64,000 nucleotides of DNA from Neoechinorhynchus agilis (GCA_051530055.1 CM121341.1:18392784-18456783), one strand, 5' to 3'. Counted from the stretch's first letter, positions 12,148 to 24,109 are shown. The notes: generated by a model from the sequence alone, not told the origin. Translations and numbers: made by a program.

Positions 12148-12392
12148 TATCGTCATTAAATTTAGCTTGTCCCTTATACCCGGCTTATTTATTTTTTAGT
12201 CCTACAGCCAAACCAATTACATCAGAGAAGTGATATAACCACATAGTCTCTAATGCACGGTTAAGAGTTTGTGCACCCCTCCAGATTCTCAGATACCTTC
12301 AGGATTAGAGAATATGTGGTTATATCACTTCTCTGATGTAATTGGTTTGGCTTCATGCCTAAAAAAGAGACAAGCTAAATTTAATGACGATA
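12148..12392. mobile_element. TA-flanked MITE with nested inverted repeats
   Basis: TA|TCGTCATTAAATTTAGCTTGTC ... GACAAGCTAAATTTAATGACGA|TA; inner ~45 bp arms AGCCAAACCAATTACATCAGAGAAGTGATATAACCACATA. Confidence 0.8.
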
Positions 12393-12499
12393 TAAAAACA
12401 AACCGGATTCTCAGTAAAAAAACCTTAAAATAGAATACCTTTTTCGTTAAAAAGCCAATGTCCACTATTAAAATATGATTTCTATGCGTGTGGTACCGG

Positions 12500-13922
12500 G
12501 TATCGAAGTGTGAGCTGCTTTTAATTAACATGGAGGAGGTGAACCGGGCCAGCGTACTTCGCGACTTTACCTCCGTCGCACCAGGCTTGAAGCTGATTCA
12601 GCACGATCAGCTTAATTTGCTAGGTTCATGCATGTTAGGGGAGAACGTTCCAATGGATATCGAAAGCACATTGGCCAGTCTGGAGCTGCTATGTTGGAGG
12701 GTTTCAAAGCTAAAAGCCTACAAGGCAGGTTTTCTCATCAAAAATTGCCTCTACATACCGAAGCTTCTCTGCAAGTTCAGAACCACTCCAACCTTCAACC
12801 ATCAGAAAGACTTGGCTAATCTCGACAACCTCGTACGCGACAAACTTGAGAGCTTTCTAAATGTGAGCTTTGGCGAATTATCATGGCGGCAGACAACCTT
12901 GCCCACATCTTTCGCTGGTTCTGGCATTAGACGTACAAGTGACCTTGCCTTACCTCCTTCCTTGCGTCAATATGCGCGAGTCGTGAACACTCGAAAATAG
13001 TTTTCGATGAGGTTAATGAAAGGTGCCTTATCGAAATGATCGTCACTAACCGGATTGGATCAAATTACAGGAAACTGCGCCAAACAGCAATCTTGGGACT
13101 CACCAGTCGTTCACGGGGTTTACAACTCTTTAATGGACCAGATGGATGAAATGTCCCGAATTCGGCTGGTGGCTTGTTCAACCAAAGAATCGGGATCATG
13201 GCTCGAAGCTGATACTTAGGTATTATATCGACTACCCTCGACACAGTGCTTTGTTTCGGGAAACACCCCCTTAAAGAAAATTAGATGAGGTCGAATACAT
13301 AAGTACTCGAAGCTTTGCCCAATGAACGCTTGGGAACGTTGCTAGACGACGAGACACTGCGCATCTTATTTTGCCTCAGGTTCGGATTGAATATCTGCAT
13401 CATCCCGCACCAGTGTCGTTGTGGCTCACATGTAGACGAAACTGGCACACGTGGGCTATGCAATCAGGTTCCCGAGACACTCAATACTCAACGCCTTAAT
13501 CAGCAGAGTTTGGTCCCGCATTAACATTCACAACGTCCTCAAGCCAAGCAAATCTAGGTAGTTTCAATGAAAGACGCCCGGGCAGTGTGACCGTCTTCCC
13601 CTGGAGCCGCGGACGCTGTCTTATGTGGGACGCGACATGCACCGACACTTTGGCCATGAGCAACTTTAAAGTTACGAAAAAAGGTGAAGGCAAAGTCGCC
13701 ATTGCTGCGGAGAGAAGGAAGGTTGCCAAATACAGCAACTTCACTGCAGATTTTATCTTCACTCCGTTCGGCATCGAAACCTATGGGTCGCCGGGAAGGA
13801 AAAGTGCGGAGACTGATGAGGATTACGAGAAATCCTCGCGCCCATTCTTTTTGGGCCAAAACATAGGTATTGCCGCGCATAGGGGAAACGCCGCGAGCAT
13901 CCGTATGGCGGCCGTGCTGTGA
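12500..13922 (+). mobile_element. 5'-truncated CRE-type LINE (post-RT region plus RLE), decayed
   Basis: LYIPKLL..RT, RLGLNIC.PHQCRCG, GRRPG..VFPWSRGRCLMWDATC, FGIETYG, QNIGIAAHRGNA. Confidence 0.85.
13211..13305. mobile_element. 95-bp MITE inserted in the CRE fragment
   Basis: Flanked by CTCGAAGCT direct repeat; imperfect TIR TACTTAGGTATT..TCGAC / GTCGAATACATAAGTA; removal restores WLEALPNERLGTLL. Confidence 0.75.
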
Positions 13923-14169
13923 GCAAATTAAGTGTTTTGTGCTTATAAAATTCTTTGAAAAAACAGACATATAATTATCATTAAGGTCTAATTTGTTTAT
14001 TTCTTTTTTATCACGATTAAATACACACTTAGCGAACGAGACTATGGGACTATTTGCCAATTATGTCTAAAACAAAGCATTCTCGATTCATTTTTTTCAA
14101 AATTCGAACCATTTATTCAATTTAAATCTCCGTTTTTGCAAAAGAATTTATCAAAAATCAATGATCACA

Positions 14170-15423
14170 TTAACTCATGAATACGGAGACAACCCGATCG
14201 GGCTTCTGCCGACAAATAGGGCACTTTACGATTTTTTGACCACATCCAATGCAAGTGCATAAGTGACCACATGGCAAAAATACCGAATTCCGCTTCTTGT
14301 CCAGGCAAATGCAGCAAAACTCTTTTTGGTTACTGTGGCTACCGATGATATTAGACAAATCGATTGAACCCGCTGATTTCTCTACTTCCTCCTTTAACTT
14401 TAACATCTCATCAGCCAGCATGTTTCGTCCATTCGTATCTCGATTAGTACATTGCGCGATTTTTGCATCGATCGAACGAATCGCGTCCAACAATTCATCA
14501 ATTTTTTCCAAATTCAGAGGGTGAGCAGCCGCTTCTTCTACGAGCAGTGGATCTCGTTCCACAATTTCCTTTAGAGAATAATCACTGAAAACATTTTTGG
14601 ATTTAAAAATAGATTGAATGAACGGCATTGCAAGCACGGATCGCATTTTGAGCTGTGATTTATCCAAATTGGTACATAAAGAAATGCTTTCTGTATTAAA
14701 ATCTTCAATTCGTGATAGTTTTCGAATCAAGTCTGTATTTGAAGATTGCGCACGAACGTAATTGCGTAAAAAATCACAGTTAGGACTATATTTTGCATGT
14801 TCGATAATTGGATCATCATCATGTTCCCAATCGGCCAGTGTGACGTCACAATAAAAGCATCGAACTGCGTCGTCCTTTCCTTCATAGAAGAAGCCACCAT
14901 TCGACAATACATCGGCATTTTGTTTGGCTGATTTGGGCCACCTTTGAAAACTTAGCATTCTTTGCTCGAAAGATGACATTAATACATTATGAGGTCTTTT
15001 ATTGATAATTGACGAAATCAAGGATGTCTCGGATTCAGGTCGAGTTGACTTGGCTGAAGAGTCCATTATTCTACCATCAAGTATTTTTCTTTCATTCAAA
15101 CATTTCTTTAAGTATTCACAATGGGGACTTTCTTCATAATGTCTTACTAAAGGATAGTCACTTCCATCAACGCCAATCTCTCGAAATTGATGACACCAAT
15201 TGCCAATCGATACATGACACTTAAAACACTTTACAACATCAGAGAGACCAGTGTAGTAAAATCCATTGTCAACAAATGAGGAGAACGTCCATGGAACTGT
15301 ATACGGAAAGTCCGCAAATGATGCATACCGAAATTCCGAATGATTCATCTCAATTGCGCCTACTTTATCTCGGGCAGTCTCATTCACAATAATTCGTGAA
15401 CGTCTTTGAAAGGGCCACTTCAT
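14170..15423 (-). CDS. Inhibitor of apoptosis protein (BIR-BIR-RING), intronless
   Basis: Two BIR motifs (GFYYTG..DVVKCFKC..H...C; GFFYEG..DAVRCFYC..W..DDPIIEHAKYSPNC) and C-terminal RING CCICLDK..FLPCGHLCTC..C..CPICR. Confidence 0.95.
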   Translation of the reverse strand: MKWPFQRRSRIIVNETARDKVGAIEMNHSEFRYASFADFPYTVPWTFSSFVDNGFYYTGLSDVVKCFKCHVSIGNWCHQFREIGVDGSDYPLVRHYEESPHCEYLKKCLNERKILDGRIMDSSAKSTRPESETSLISSIINKRPHNVLMSSFEQRMLSFQRWPKSAKQNADVLSNGGFFYEGKDDAVRCFYCDVTLADWEHDDDPIIEHAKYSPNCDFLRNYVRAQSSNTDLIRKLSRIEDFNTESISLCTNLDKSQLKMRSVLAMPFIQSIFKSKNVFSDYSLKEIVERDPLLVEEAAAHPLNLEKIDELLDAIRSIDAKIAQCTNRDTNGRNMLADEMLKLKEEVEKSAGSIDLSNIIGSHSNQKEFCCICLDKKRNSVFLPCGHLCTCIGCGQKIVKCPICRQKPDRVVSVFMS

Positions 15424-15654
15424 CGTAATTGGACAAATACGGCACCTTTTTTTCGTTCCACTGCGTTTGTTAGAGTTTTAAAAAATTATTTCGTATTTAA
15501 ACCCTATACGATTATTCGTTGATTTGAACAGTTGCAGTTTGAGAAAAAAGTAAGATGATCTTATAAAGCGCTAGGCCCCGATCGAATCATTAGTGTCCAA
15601 CGCTGAAAAAATTAAAAAAGAAAACTCAAAGTAGAACGCTACCAGAGTTTCTTG

Positions 15655-16260
15655 TTTTTTTGGCAGAAAAATCGAAGTAATTTATTAGGTCCGATATTTC
15701 GGAGTCACAATCTTGTGCCTTTCTTAACTTTCTCCCTTAACTCTCGAAACAATTTACAACCTTGATAAATGCGTAAAATAATTGGTTGTTTTCTGTCGAG
15801 AAATTTATTATTCTTAAAGTTGGACAATTTGTTAACTTATCAAAATCTTGGAGAAAACTTTATCTGGCAAAAAATGCATAGCCGTCCTCAAATGTCGCCC
15901 GAATGCTTGCCGTGTTGCCTCTCAACACGGCAATGCTGATATTTTGACCTGACCTTGCATCACCGGTTATAACCTGAACACGTCGCTTCAGATCCCTCAG
16001 GAGTTGAAGAGCCTCGCTACCAAGAAATCCGTAGGCCTCAGCTCCAAAAGGCACAAACACATTGGTGCCGTTTTCCGTCCTTCCGCAGCGTTCGCTGCAC
16101 CTCCAGCTTGAACCAATTTAAAATCCGATATTTCGGCGCACAATCATGTACGCCTTTATCAAGGCGAATGAAACACTTTAACAACCTTGATAAATGCGTA
16201 CATGATTGTGCTCCGAAATATCGGACCTAATAAATTACTTTGATTTTTCTGCCATAAAAA
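15655..16260. mobile_element. TIR element (~55 bp TIRs) containing a CRE 3' fragment (15860-16095, minus strand)
   Basis: TGGCAGAAAAATCGAAGTAATTTATTAGGTCCGATATTTCGG and its reverse complement at 16210-16255; inner fragment FGAEAYG..SGQNISIAVLRGNTASIR. Confidence 0.7.
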
Positions 16261-16526
16261 GCATGAATAATTCAATTTTCAAGAGTTTCTCAAGAATCTT
16301 CGTCTTTGATTTAAAAATGTTAGATTGAAAAGTAGCATTTTTTGCGATTGACTGGAACATGACAGCCTTCACGACTTCGACTTCCGTTCTAAATAGGAAA
16401 CTTAATTCAAAGCGTGCGCCGGACACCAATTGCGTAATTCCAATGCTCTGGAAGAAAAACTTTATCAAGATCTGTTAATCCCTGATTCCCCCCACAAGTA
16501 TTATTAATTAATCGCTTTGATCAAAG

Positions 16527-16907
16527 ATGCCAACTGCAAAACTTCGTCGGATTCAACAACCTGGACGGCAGTTCAACGTGCCGACGCCTGCGAATATCAT
16601 TGCACTTCTTAAAGATATGCGATCCGACTACTCAGCCCAAACCGGCTACCATCAGAAATATATCGACCTCTATATGCTTTACTGCATGTTCTCTGGTCTT
16701 GTTATATTCATCTACTGTCTCGCGGTTTCTTCGTTTCCATTCAATTCATTCCTTGCAGCGTTCGGTAGCTGCGTCGGAAGCTTCGTCCTCGCTGCTTCAC
16801 TCAGGACGAGTCTAGATGATGGAACCACGCCCCCTGGAAAAGGATATATGGAACTTTTGTTCGCACAACTGATCTTACAATTAGCAGTTGTTAATTTCCT
16901 TGGATGA
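16527..16907 (+). CDS. DAD1: Oligosaccharyltransferase subunit DAD1/OST2, intronless
   Basis: IDLYMLY..FIYC..SSFPFNSFLAAF.SCVGSFVLAASLR..LFAQLILQLAVVNFLG. Confidence 0.95.
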   Translation: MPTAKLRRIQQPGRQFNVPTPANIIALLKDMRSDYSAQTGYHQKYIDLYMLYCMFSGLVIFIYCLAVSSFPFNSFLAAFGSCVGSFVLAASLRTSLDDGTTPPGKGYMELLFAQLILQLAVVNFLG

Positions 16908-17151
16908 ATTCAGCACAAGAGAATAAATTTGATTGTCTCATTTCATCCAAAAAATCGTTTTCTTCTTGGATCAATCTCACTTTGGTCAGCGGAAAAATTT
17001 TCGTTGCACCGAAAATTGGTCCAAATTGATTTAATAACTATCATTGTAAGCCAGTGATTTTCAATCGGTCATTTTCCGTTGGGATCGTCCCTATTACTAT
17101 TTTTTCATTAAAAATGGTACAACTATCCAATTGTTCCTTCGAGTGGATGTG

Positions 17152-17304
17152 TATTCTCAATGGCGAATCGTAACACACTCGTGTTTTATTGAAATCAACT
17201 TTGTTCGCAAGTTTGTACAATGCTTGAGAAGGAGGCTGAGGCTTAAAATTTGCAATGAAGAGTTCAATAAAACTCGAGTGTGTTACAATTCGCCATTGAG
17301 AATA
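17152..17304. mobile_element. TA-flanked palindromic MITE
   Basis: TA|TTCTCAATGGCGAATCGTAACACACTCGTGTTTTATTGAA ... TTCAATAAAACTCGAGTGTGTTACAATTCGCCATTGAGAA|TA. Confidence 0.8.
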
Positions 17305-18349
17305 AAAATGGTACACAGCAGCTTTGGACTGCATTTTTCTGTACACCGAAAATCTCACTACACCATTACAAGCACCACCGCCTGCATTTTATTGGTGGAT
17401 GGCACTCGTTTGGAAAGCATTGAATGATTAGATATATCTGCACTTGAGCAGCGTCCAAAAAACACTTGCAAAACTATTTTCCTGACTTTCTTCAACCTGA
17501 GAAACACGTTTGAGTGGTGAAGCAATTTCCCTTTGCTGATGATGCGATTCTAGACTAAGAGTTCACAATGAAGGCCGAACTTCTCAACCTAAGAAAAGGC
17601 ATCGCGCACTGAAAACGGGCTTGTAGGAATATGATCCAATGGAGTTTTGACAACTACGTGCCACCGAGTTTTTATTCCTGCATCCAAAATGCATGCTCAT
17701 TCTGCTGCCATTTGCAAAGCCTATGAATGCGAGACGGTTTTTCTCCGCAATAGCAACCATCAAAATGAAAATATCGGAACCGGCTTGTCATGGAAGCAGA
17801 TATTCGATGTGCCGTGTCAACGATTTAATCTCGAATCAAGGAAATTGTGCAAAGAAGGCAAGCTCAGCAGCCACACAAATCAAGAGATGATCATGGGTGT
17901 TGAATTTTAAAAGTATATTCGATATTGTGGTTACAAAATAATGTACCCATGGACTCCAGTTGCCTAATGACGAAAAATTAAAAAAAAGATACTGTACTGT
18001 TTCTTTAATCGCTTTTTGTAATATTTGATCAAACCATACCATCAAATTAAATGTACTAAGAACCGGAATGGTATTTTACCAGGTATATTTTGTTTTTCTA
18101 AGGTGGAGTCGTCATCGAATACCAAGTTTGGGTGGTGACCACAAAAAAGGTTGAAAACTGTTATTTTAAGCGGCACGGTGACGCTTTTTACCAAGTCAAA
18201 ATTGAAAGATTTTACATTTTAAGAACTATGTGAACTGCAGACAAGCTATCATAATTTATTGTGTGTTTTTAGATTAAAGAAGAAATGTGCTCATGCAACA
18301 CATTTAAAGTTCATTCTTTTCGTTTACAAATTCCTCCTGCAACTGTCGA

Positions 18350-18480
18350 CATGATTGTTCGGCAGCTTCCTTGATGGCCGCGGCGTTGCCGCTTTGGATC
18401 GCCGCACTGATTCGCTGCATCAGAAAGCTACTGGAGCGCATGTCGCCCTTGGCATATTTTAGCATCTTTCCCATTCGAGA
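18350..18480 (-). mobile_element. CRE-type LINE 3' end fragment
   Basis: GDMRSSSFLMQRISAAIQSGNAAAI. Confidence 0.6.
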
Positions 18481-19194
18481 AAGGAAATAACCGGCTTCTT
18501 TTGTGATTTTAGTATCTTAAATTCAACTCTTTTTCTTCTGTGTTCAAATTTAGAACCTTTAGTTAGAATAGTTTATTATACATTTCATTTTCATAGCTCA
18601 GCTCAGTCGGTAATAATTTCGCCTTAATAAGGAATCAAATTAAGATGCGGGATTTAGCGAACTTTTAAGTTAAAATTGAAGTTTTGCAGTTGAAATTGCT
18701 CTATTTTATGAGTTATTTTGAAGCACTTTAGGCATAAAATTGAGATTGATTTTCGATGCGTGAATTTGTCGTTAGAAACGCATCAACATTTTTGCCTTAT
18801 TAAATTATTACGATTTGTTGCACCGTGCATTTCGGAATATCATATCGAGAAAATCCATCGGGATGGTAAATTTTGACTTGTGGTTAAGATAATCTCGGTT
18901 AGAAATCGTTTTATTGTAGTTAAATATTTCGCGAGGAAACCTCGCCTCATCAATCGTCGCTAAAGTGTTAAATCCGCACTGGGGTTTCCTCGTGAAATAT
19001 TTCATTACAATAAGATGATTTCTAACCGGAATTAGCTTCACCACAAGTCAAAATTTCGGAATATCCTGAATGTCTTTGAATTGGATGCAAACGGAATACA
19101 TAAATGGTTTAGGCCGTCTTCAGTTTTCCTACGCGTAGTCATAGCGACTTGAACGTTCATTTTATCGATTATAAGTCAAATCCGAATAATACAG

Positions 19195-19551
19195 ATGCAT
19201 TGTTGTCGTTGTAAGAAGTGCAATCGACCCAGAAAAACGAAACGAGTTTGTAGGTGCATTAATTGTTGTCCTTCAACCGTTTGCACTCCGGTGTACTGCG
19301 AAGTGAAACCGGATCAAGAATGCAAGACCGACCGCTGTATGGATGCAAGCATATTTACCGACATTTCCTATCTTCTCCAGAATAGCAAGAACGTGGGAGT
19401 TCTTTTCTGTAAACAAGAAAACGGTAAATTCTTTTGTGAAGACATATCAAAACTGAACGAGCAGTTGAATAAAGCGAAAAATGATTTGAACAGGGACAAC
19501 ACGTTTATTGTTTGTTGTTTTGCTACAGTGAATTGCTTTCTTTTAAAATAG
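19195..19551 (+). CDS. Small Cys-rich hypothetical protein
   Basis: 118-aa ORF whose N-terminal ~50 aa are rich in Cys, Arg and Lys; no family recognised. Confidence 0.4.
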   Translation: MHCCRCKKCNRPRKTKRVCRCINCCPSTVCTPVYCEVKPDQECKTDRCMDASIFTDISYLLQNSKNVGVLFCKQENGKFFCEDISKLNEQLNKAKNDLNRDNTFIVCCFATVNCFLLK

Positions 19552-19692
19552 GTGAATTCGTCAACTCTCAATATAATCGAAGGCTAAAAGATTGTTTAGA
19601 TCTATGGGTACTTTCAGGACACACAACGATATTCGACAAAGTCAGTAACGAAATCTGTTTGAGAATTAAAATCATCTAAAGAATTATTTGTT

Positions 19693-20158
19693 TCACTTTA
19701 ATAGCATTCTGACAAGATCTTCGAATCTCGCGTTTCCATCAGCATCCATATCAAGCGACTCTATAAGTTCCTTGAACTCCTCGCCTGCAATTTTTTCGCC
19801 CCTCGATGTCATTGCATGTCTCATCTCATGCATATCTACTAATCCATTCCCCGTTTTTTCGAACACTCTAAACCTACAATTTATCATAAACGGGTTTGGA
19901 ACTTGAGAATTACCGTAACGCTTCTCGGACCTCGTTTGCGTTACTCTTGCTATTCTGCAATAAATTTTCAGCGATGTCAGAAAACAAATTCCAATTTATT
20001 TTTCCCTTGTGTTTCGAAATAAGCTCCGCGATGTCGAGCTGGGACGGACATAGTCTACATGACCTTAGTGCTATACCGAGATCGGACGGAAAAATAAATC
20101 CATCGCGATCTCGGTCTAAATATGCGAAAACTTCTTTAAGATAATTTCTTTGGTCCAT
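19693..20158 (-). CDS. Calmodulin-like / myosin light-chain-like EF-hand protein; GT-AG intron 19868-19913
   Basis: DRDRDGFI, spliced EALRVFEKTGNG, GEKI..DMDADGNARFEDLV. Confidence 0.85.
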
Positions 20159-20955
20159 TAGATCGTTCCACGGTGATATTTCAATGGCTTAGTCTCTTCA
20201 AAAGCATAAAATTATACTACTTAAAGCTATGCAATTGCCTTTTATTTGAGACAATCGAATGATAGAAAGGGAAATGAGTTTTACAGAATGTTAATCTAAA
20301 AATGTCGAAATCCAGCTTGAAAGGCAAATAAAGGATTTTATTTTTACGCATGAGTGGAGTTTCCAAATCATATGATTTATTTTCGTCATTTCGTAAATCA
20401 GAGCCCTATTGGTAGAATTCTTAATATAAAATTGTGAGGATGTAAAGAATATATTTCTTACAAATTTTCACAAATAGCTTCAATTTCGAAATCGTTCGAA
20501 TTATAATTGACCGATTTTATGGTTAACAAACAGTCAAAGTTTATCTCCCGTGAAGCATAAAGCTGAAAACTTCCTGGTTCGGAGATCAAAGTAACGATTC
20601 TTTTTTGTTCTTGGATGGTTGTATGAACAGCGTTTAGTTTACTGACGTTATTTTTGCATAGACCGTTCTTCCCATTGCCGAACAGTTTTTATTCAACTTT
20701 CAACTAGGTAACTAACAGATCTCCTCTGTGCTTTGATGTTTTGGGAATAACTTGGTTGCTATTTGTCAGTGGAAATTCTAGAGATTGAGCATCATTCGTC
20801 TTAGAACAATTGGATTAAAGAGTGAGGTATGAACATAAAATTCTTCAACCTTAAAATCAAACCTGGTGTATCCGAAGAAAAAATAAAATCTCGCCTATAA
20901 AATCTTCAATTTAGAACCGTTTTTTACTCCATTCGTTTCTGAAGATATTTTGAAT

Positions 20956-21103
20956 TACACTTTCGGTGAGAATAATCCCGGTCATTACATATTTTATTTA
21001 TTCAAAGCACTTGCAAACAATGACTGAAGAGGCGAGGATGCCTCGCGAAATATTTGAATAAATAAAATATGTAATGACCGGGATTATTCTCACCGAAAGT
21101 GTA
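20956..21103. mobile_element. TA-flanked palindromic MITE (second copy 40372-40519)
   Basis: TA|CACTTTCGGTGAGAATAATCCCGGTCATTACATATTTTATTTATTCAAA and a perfect reverse complement ending |TA. Confidence 0.85.
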
Positions 21104-21574
21104 ATTTTATTATCCCGAAGGACTTTCTATCGATGGATATTTTGAATTGTTGTGTAGTGGCGACAAAAAATTTTGTAAATTTATTGAATCGATATTTCAG
21201 CTCAATCCAGAGCCTTTATCAAGATTGTTAACGTGCGAATAAAACACTTTAATAATCTTGATGAATGCTCTGGATTGGGCCGAAATATCGATTCGATAAA
21301 TTTACCAAATTTTTGTCGCCACTGCACAACAATCATGAGCAGTTTCATTTTTCAAGATATTTTGAATTTCAAACAATTATTCCCGTTCTCATAAAAGTAA
21401 AAGCAGATTTTTTAGTTAAATATCGAGCAGCACTTTGTGTCTCGAGGCTAAAAAGCATTGGTTATCGATAGTCTGATTATGTGTGTGTTTTAGAGGGTAC
21501 TTTGGTAAGTTCAAGTGGACTTTAAGGTCCCTTTGATTTAGAAAGTTTTTATATATTTTTTAAGGAAGACGACC

Positions 21575-22262
21575 CTACACGTCTTTAAAATACTCAAGCG
21601 ATCCCTTTGGATCAGGTTTGATTGTTCTTTTATTCTTATCTTCCGACCAATTTGCAGGACATACCTCACCATGCGTTTCTACAAATTGAAACGCTTTGAC
21701 AATTCTTAGAACCTCATCCACACTGCGTCCAACGGGAAGATCGTTAATGGTGATATGGCGAATGACTGACGTTGGATCAATCACAAACAAACCTCTTAGA
21801 GCAATTCCATCGGTATCGAGTAGAACACCGTAGTCCCGTGAAATGGACTTGTTAAAGTCTGATAGAAGCGGGTACTCTAATTGACCGACACCGCCCTGTT
21901 TTTCACTGAGATTTGTCCATGCCAAATGCGAAAAATGAGAATCGGTACTGATGCCAACCACTTCAGCGTTGATGTCCTTAAATTCGTTTAATCGCCTATT
22001 AAAGGCCACTAACTCAGTCGGACAAACAAACGTGAAATCAAGAGGATAAAAAAATAAGACCAAGTATTTGCCTTGGTAATCACTCAATGCAATCTCCTTA
22101 AATTCACCATTAAGAACAGCCTTTCCGGCGAAACTCGGAGCTGGATGACGCACTTGAGCGTAGAGGCGAGATGGAGTGGCCGAGAATGGTCTCCAGTTCC
22201 TTAAAGATGGATGCAGTGGTGAAATGCGATCCAATTAATCGACTGGCAAGATGGGATAGCAT
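21575..22262 (-). CDS. PRDX3: Typical 2-Cys peroxiredoxin, mitochondrial type; copy 1 has +1 frameshift near 22203
   Basis: [21 protein letters not shown]; N-terminal MLSHLASRL transit-like peptide lies out of frame because of an extra A relative to copy 2. Confidence 0.85.
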
Positions 22263-22919
22263 TGAACAAACTTTAATATATCTGTAAAGAAGTTGTTCAT
22301 TTGTATATGTGTTCTTTTTAGTGATGAGAGGAATAGATATTGATCTAAATATTTCGTCCGTCTCTTCAGACTTCCTCATTTTGGCATTATCCGGAGTTTT
22401 AGACTATAATCGGCCTTATTTGATGTTTAAGTGTTTTATTCGCACTTGAAGTGAGGCGAACGAAATATTGAGGACAATAAACCAATACCCATTCTTCCCG
22501 TTAATTATATCCAAAAATGAGACGAAGTGAGCAGAAACCACACAGAAATCAATCGAAATTTCTTCACTTACGGATGCGGAGGCGTATACAACAGTCGAAG
22601 CAGTTCTTCTGTGTCACGACGTAGATATTAAAAAGTTCGTCCTGATCGCTTTAAAGAAATGGCCTGTGAAACGAGGGACTCCAAAAATATGTTCATCAAA
22701 TATTCAGTAAACGGAAATAGCCCGATAGTGATGGCAGAATTTCCATAATAAAAACTACAAGAAAATCAGATTTTTTAAGACTGCCTTAAAATTGTATGTG
22801 AATTAGACGGGGGGATAAGTCTTACTTTGCCAACCAAAATATAGCGGCCTTCCTATTCTCTCAAATAGATGAGGTTCTATTTAAGGAAGATGTATTTGAA
22901 TAACCTTATCACATAGACG

Positions 22920-23550
22920 ATCTCACCTCATCAATCAATCACCACCCCACCTCTCCCTCTCCTTAACCTCTAACGAAATCACCCGCATCAATGATTTCTG
23001 CACCAATCACAAACGCCACTTGAATTTCTTTACATGCTTGGAGTTTATTCCCTCACTCTCTCGTAATCCAATATCCTATCCCGATCTTCCAAATGACATC
23101 CGACGAGTCATATCCCTCAGAATTCTTTGTCTTCAATTTCAGTCAAATCTGAAATGAGACTCGCACAGTTAACTTTCTCTCAAACGCCTCCGCCACTTAA
23201 CTCATTTAACCGATCTTGCCAAATTTTACAAGAGCTTTATTTTTCCCTCCCTCACCTACGGCTATCCCGTCTTTTACAACATGTCCAAATCACAAATTTG
23301 TCGTCTTGAAACGTTTCAGCACAGTTGATTTTCCTCCTCCTGCTCACCGAATACATCTATAAATGTTTCAGGAAACAATCAAAGCGCCTCTCAACACTAC
23401 CACCATAATTTTTACAACATTTTATAACCCTTTTTACATGAGGACAACATTCGTAATTCCAATTCATTTCATCCTCCTAAATCTCGCACATCTCTCTACC
23501 TTCGCTCCTTTCCCCACTGCCCCACTAGAACGGACATACAGAAATTAGAT
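22920..23550 (+). mobile_element. CR1/L2-like LINE 3' remnant (better preserved copy at 42330-42990)
   Basis: Copy 2 reads FRILGIQFQSNLKWDSHI..YHLKRLRHLG..FYYSFIFPSLAY. Confidence 0.7.
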
Positions 23551-23821
23551 AGACCGTCACGAACTGATTTCCGAGCACCAACTACCGAATATTCCCACCC
23601 ATCTACGGCAAACAATGAATATGTTTATTAAGAAGCTGAAAGGAGCTTATTTTATAATGTTTTGGCGGAATGCCAAGGCGCCCCTTGGATTTCTCTTTTA
23701 ATCAACAATTTACGCATTACAAATCTAAATTCTTAAAAGGGAAGAAAACACTCATTTTAATAATCTATGGGAAACATGCGAGTAAGTTAAACATTGAGCC
23801 CTATCGGCAATAATAATAGGT

Positions 23822-23905
23822 GGAATTTATTGATTCCGAAATTTCGGCACAATCGTAATCTTAGTAGGGCACAAGATTGTGCCGAAATATTGGAATAAAT
23901 AAATT
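23822..23905. repeat. Short hairpin related to the TIR of the 15655-16260 element (also about 43260-43343)
   Basis: GAATTTATT..TCCGAAATTTCGGCACAATC ... GATTGTGCCGAAATATTGGAATAAATAAATTC. Confidence 0.6.
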
Positions 23906-24109
23906 CTCTTAAATTTTATGCAAGATACAAACATGAACAATCGAATCGTCAAACAAATAATAATAGGACTTATTGAGAAACAAAATGCCTCCAATGTGCG
24001 ATACTCAGATATATGCTTTTATTCTTTAGACCAGGATTTGTTTCATTGTCCATTTCGCTTTTAATGTGAAAGACCCAAAGTACTATTTTCTTACTTGTTC
24101 AATTAGGAG

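Noticed and set aside
11056-16907. Functional apoptosis gene cluster (PDCD5, IAP, DAD1)
   Set aside because: DAD1 is an OST subunit and the link is largely in the names; no shared regulatory feature seen
19868-19913. Apparent frameshifts in the EF-hand gene, EI24 and PDCD5
   Set aside because: Fully explained by short canonical GT-AG introns
22195-22210. Programmed frameshift in PRDX3 copy 1
   Set aside because: Single extra A in a short run relative to the intact copy 2; error or decay is simpler
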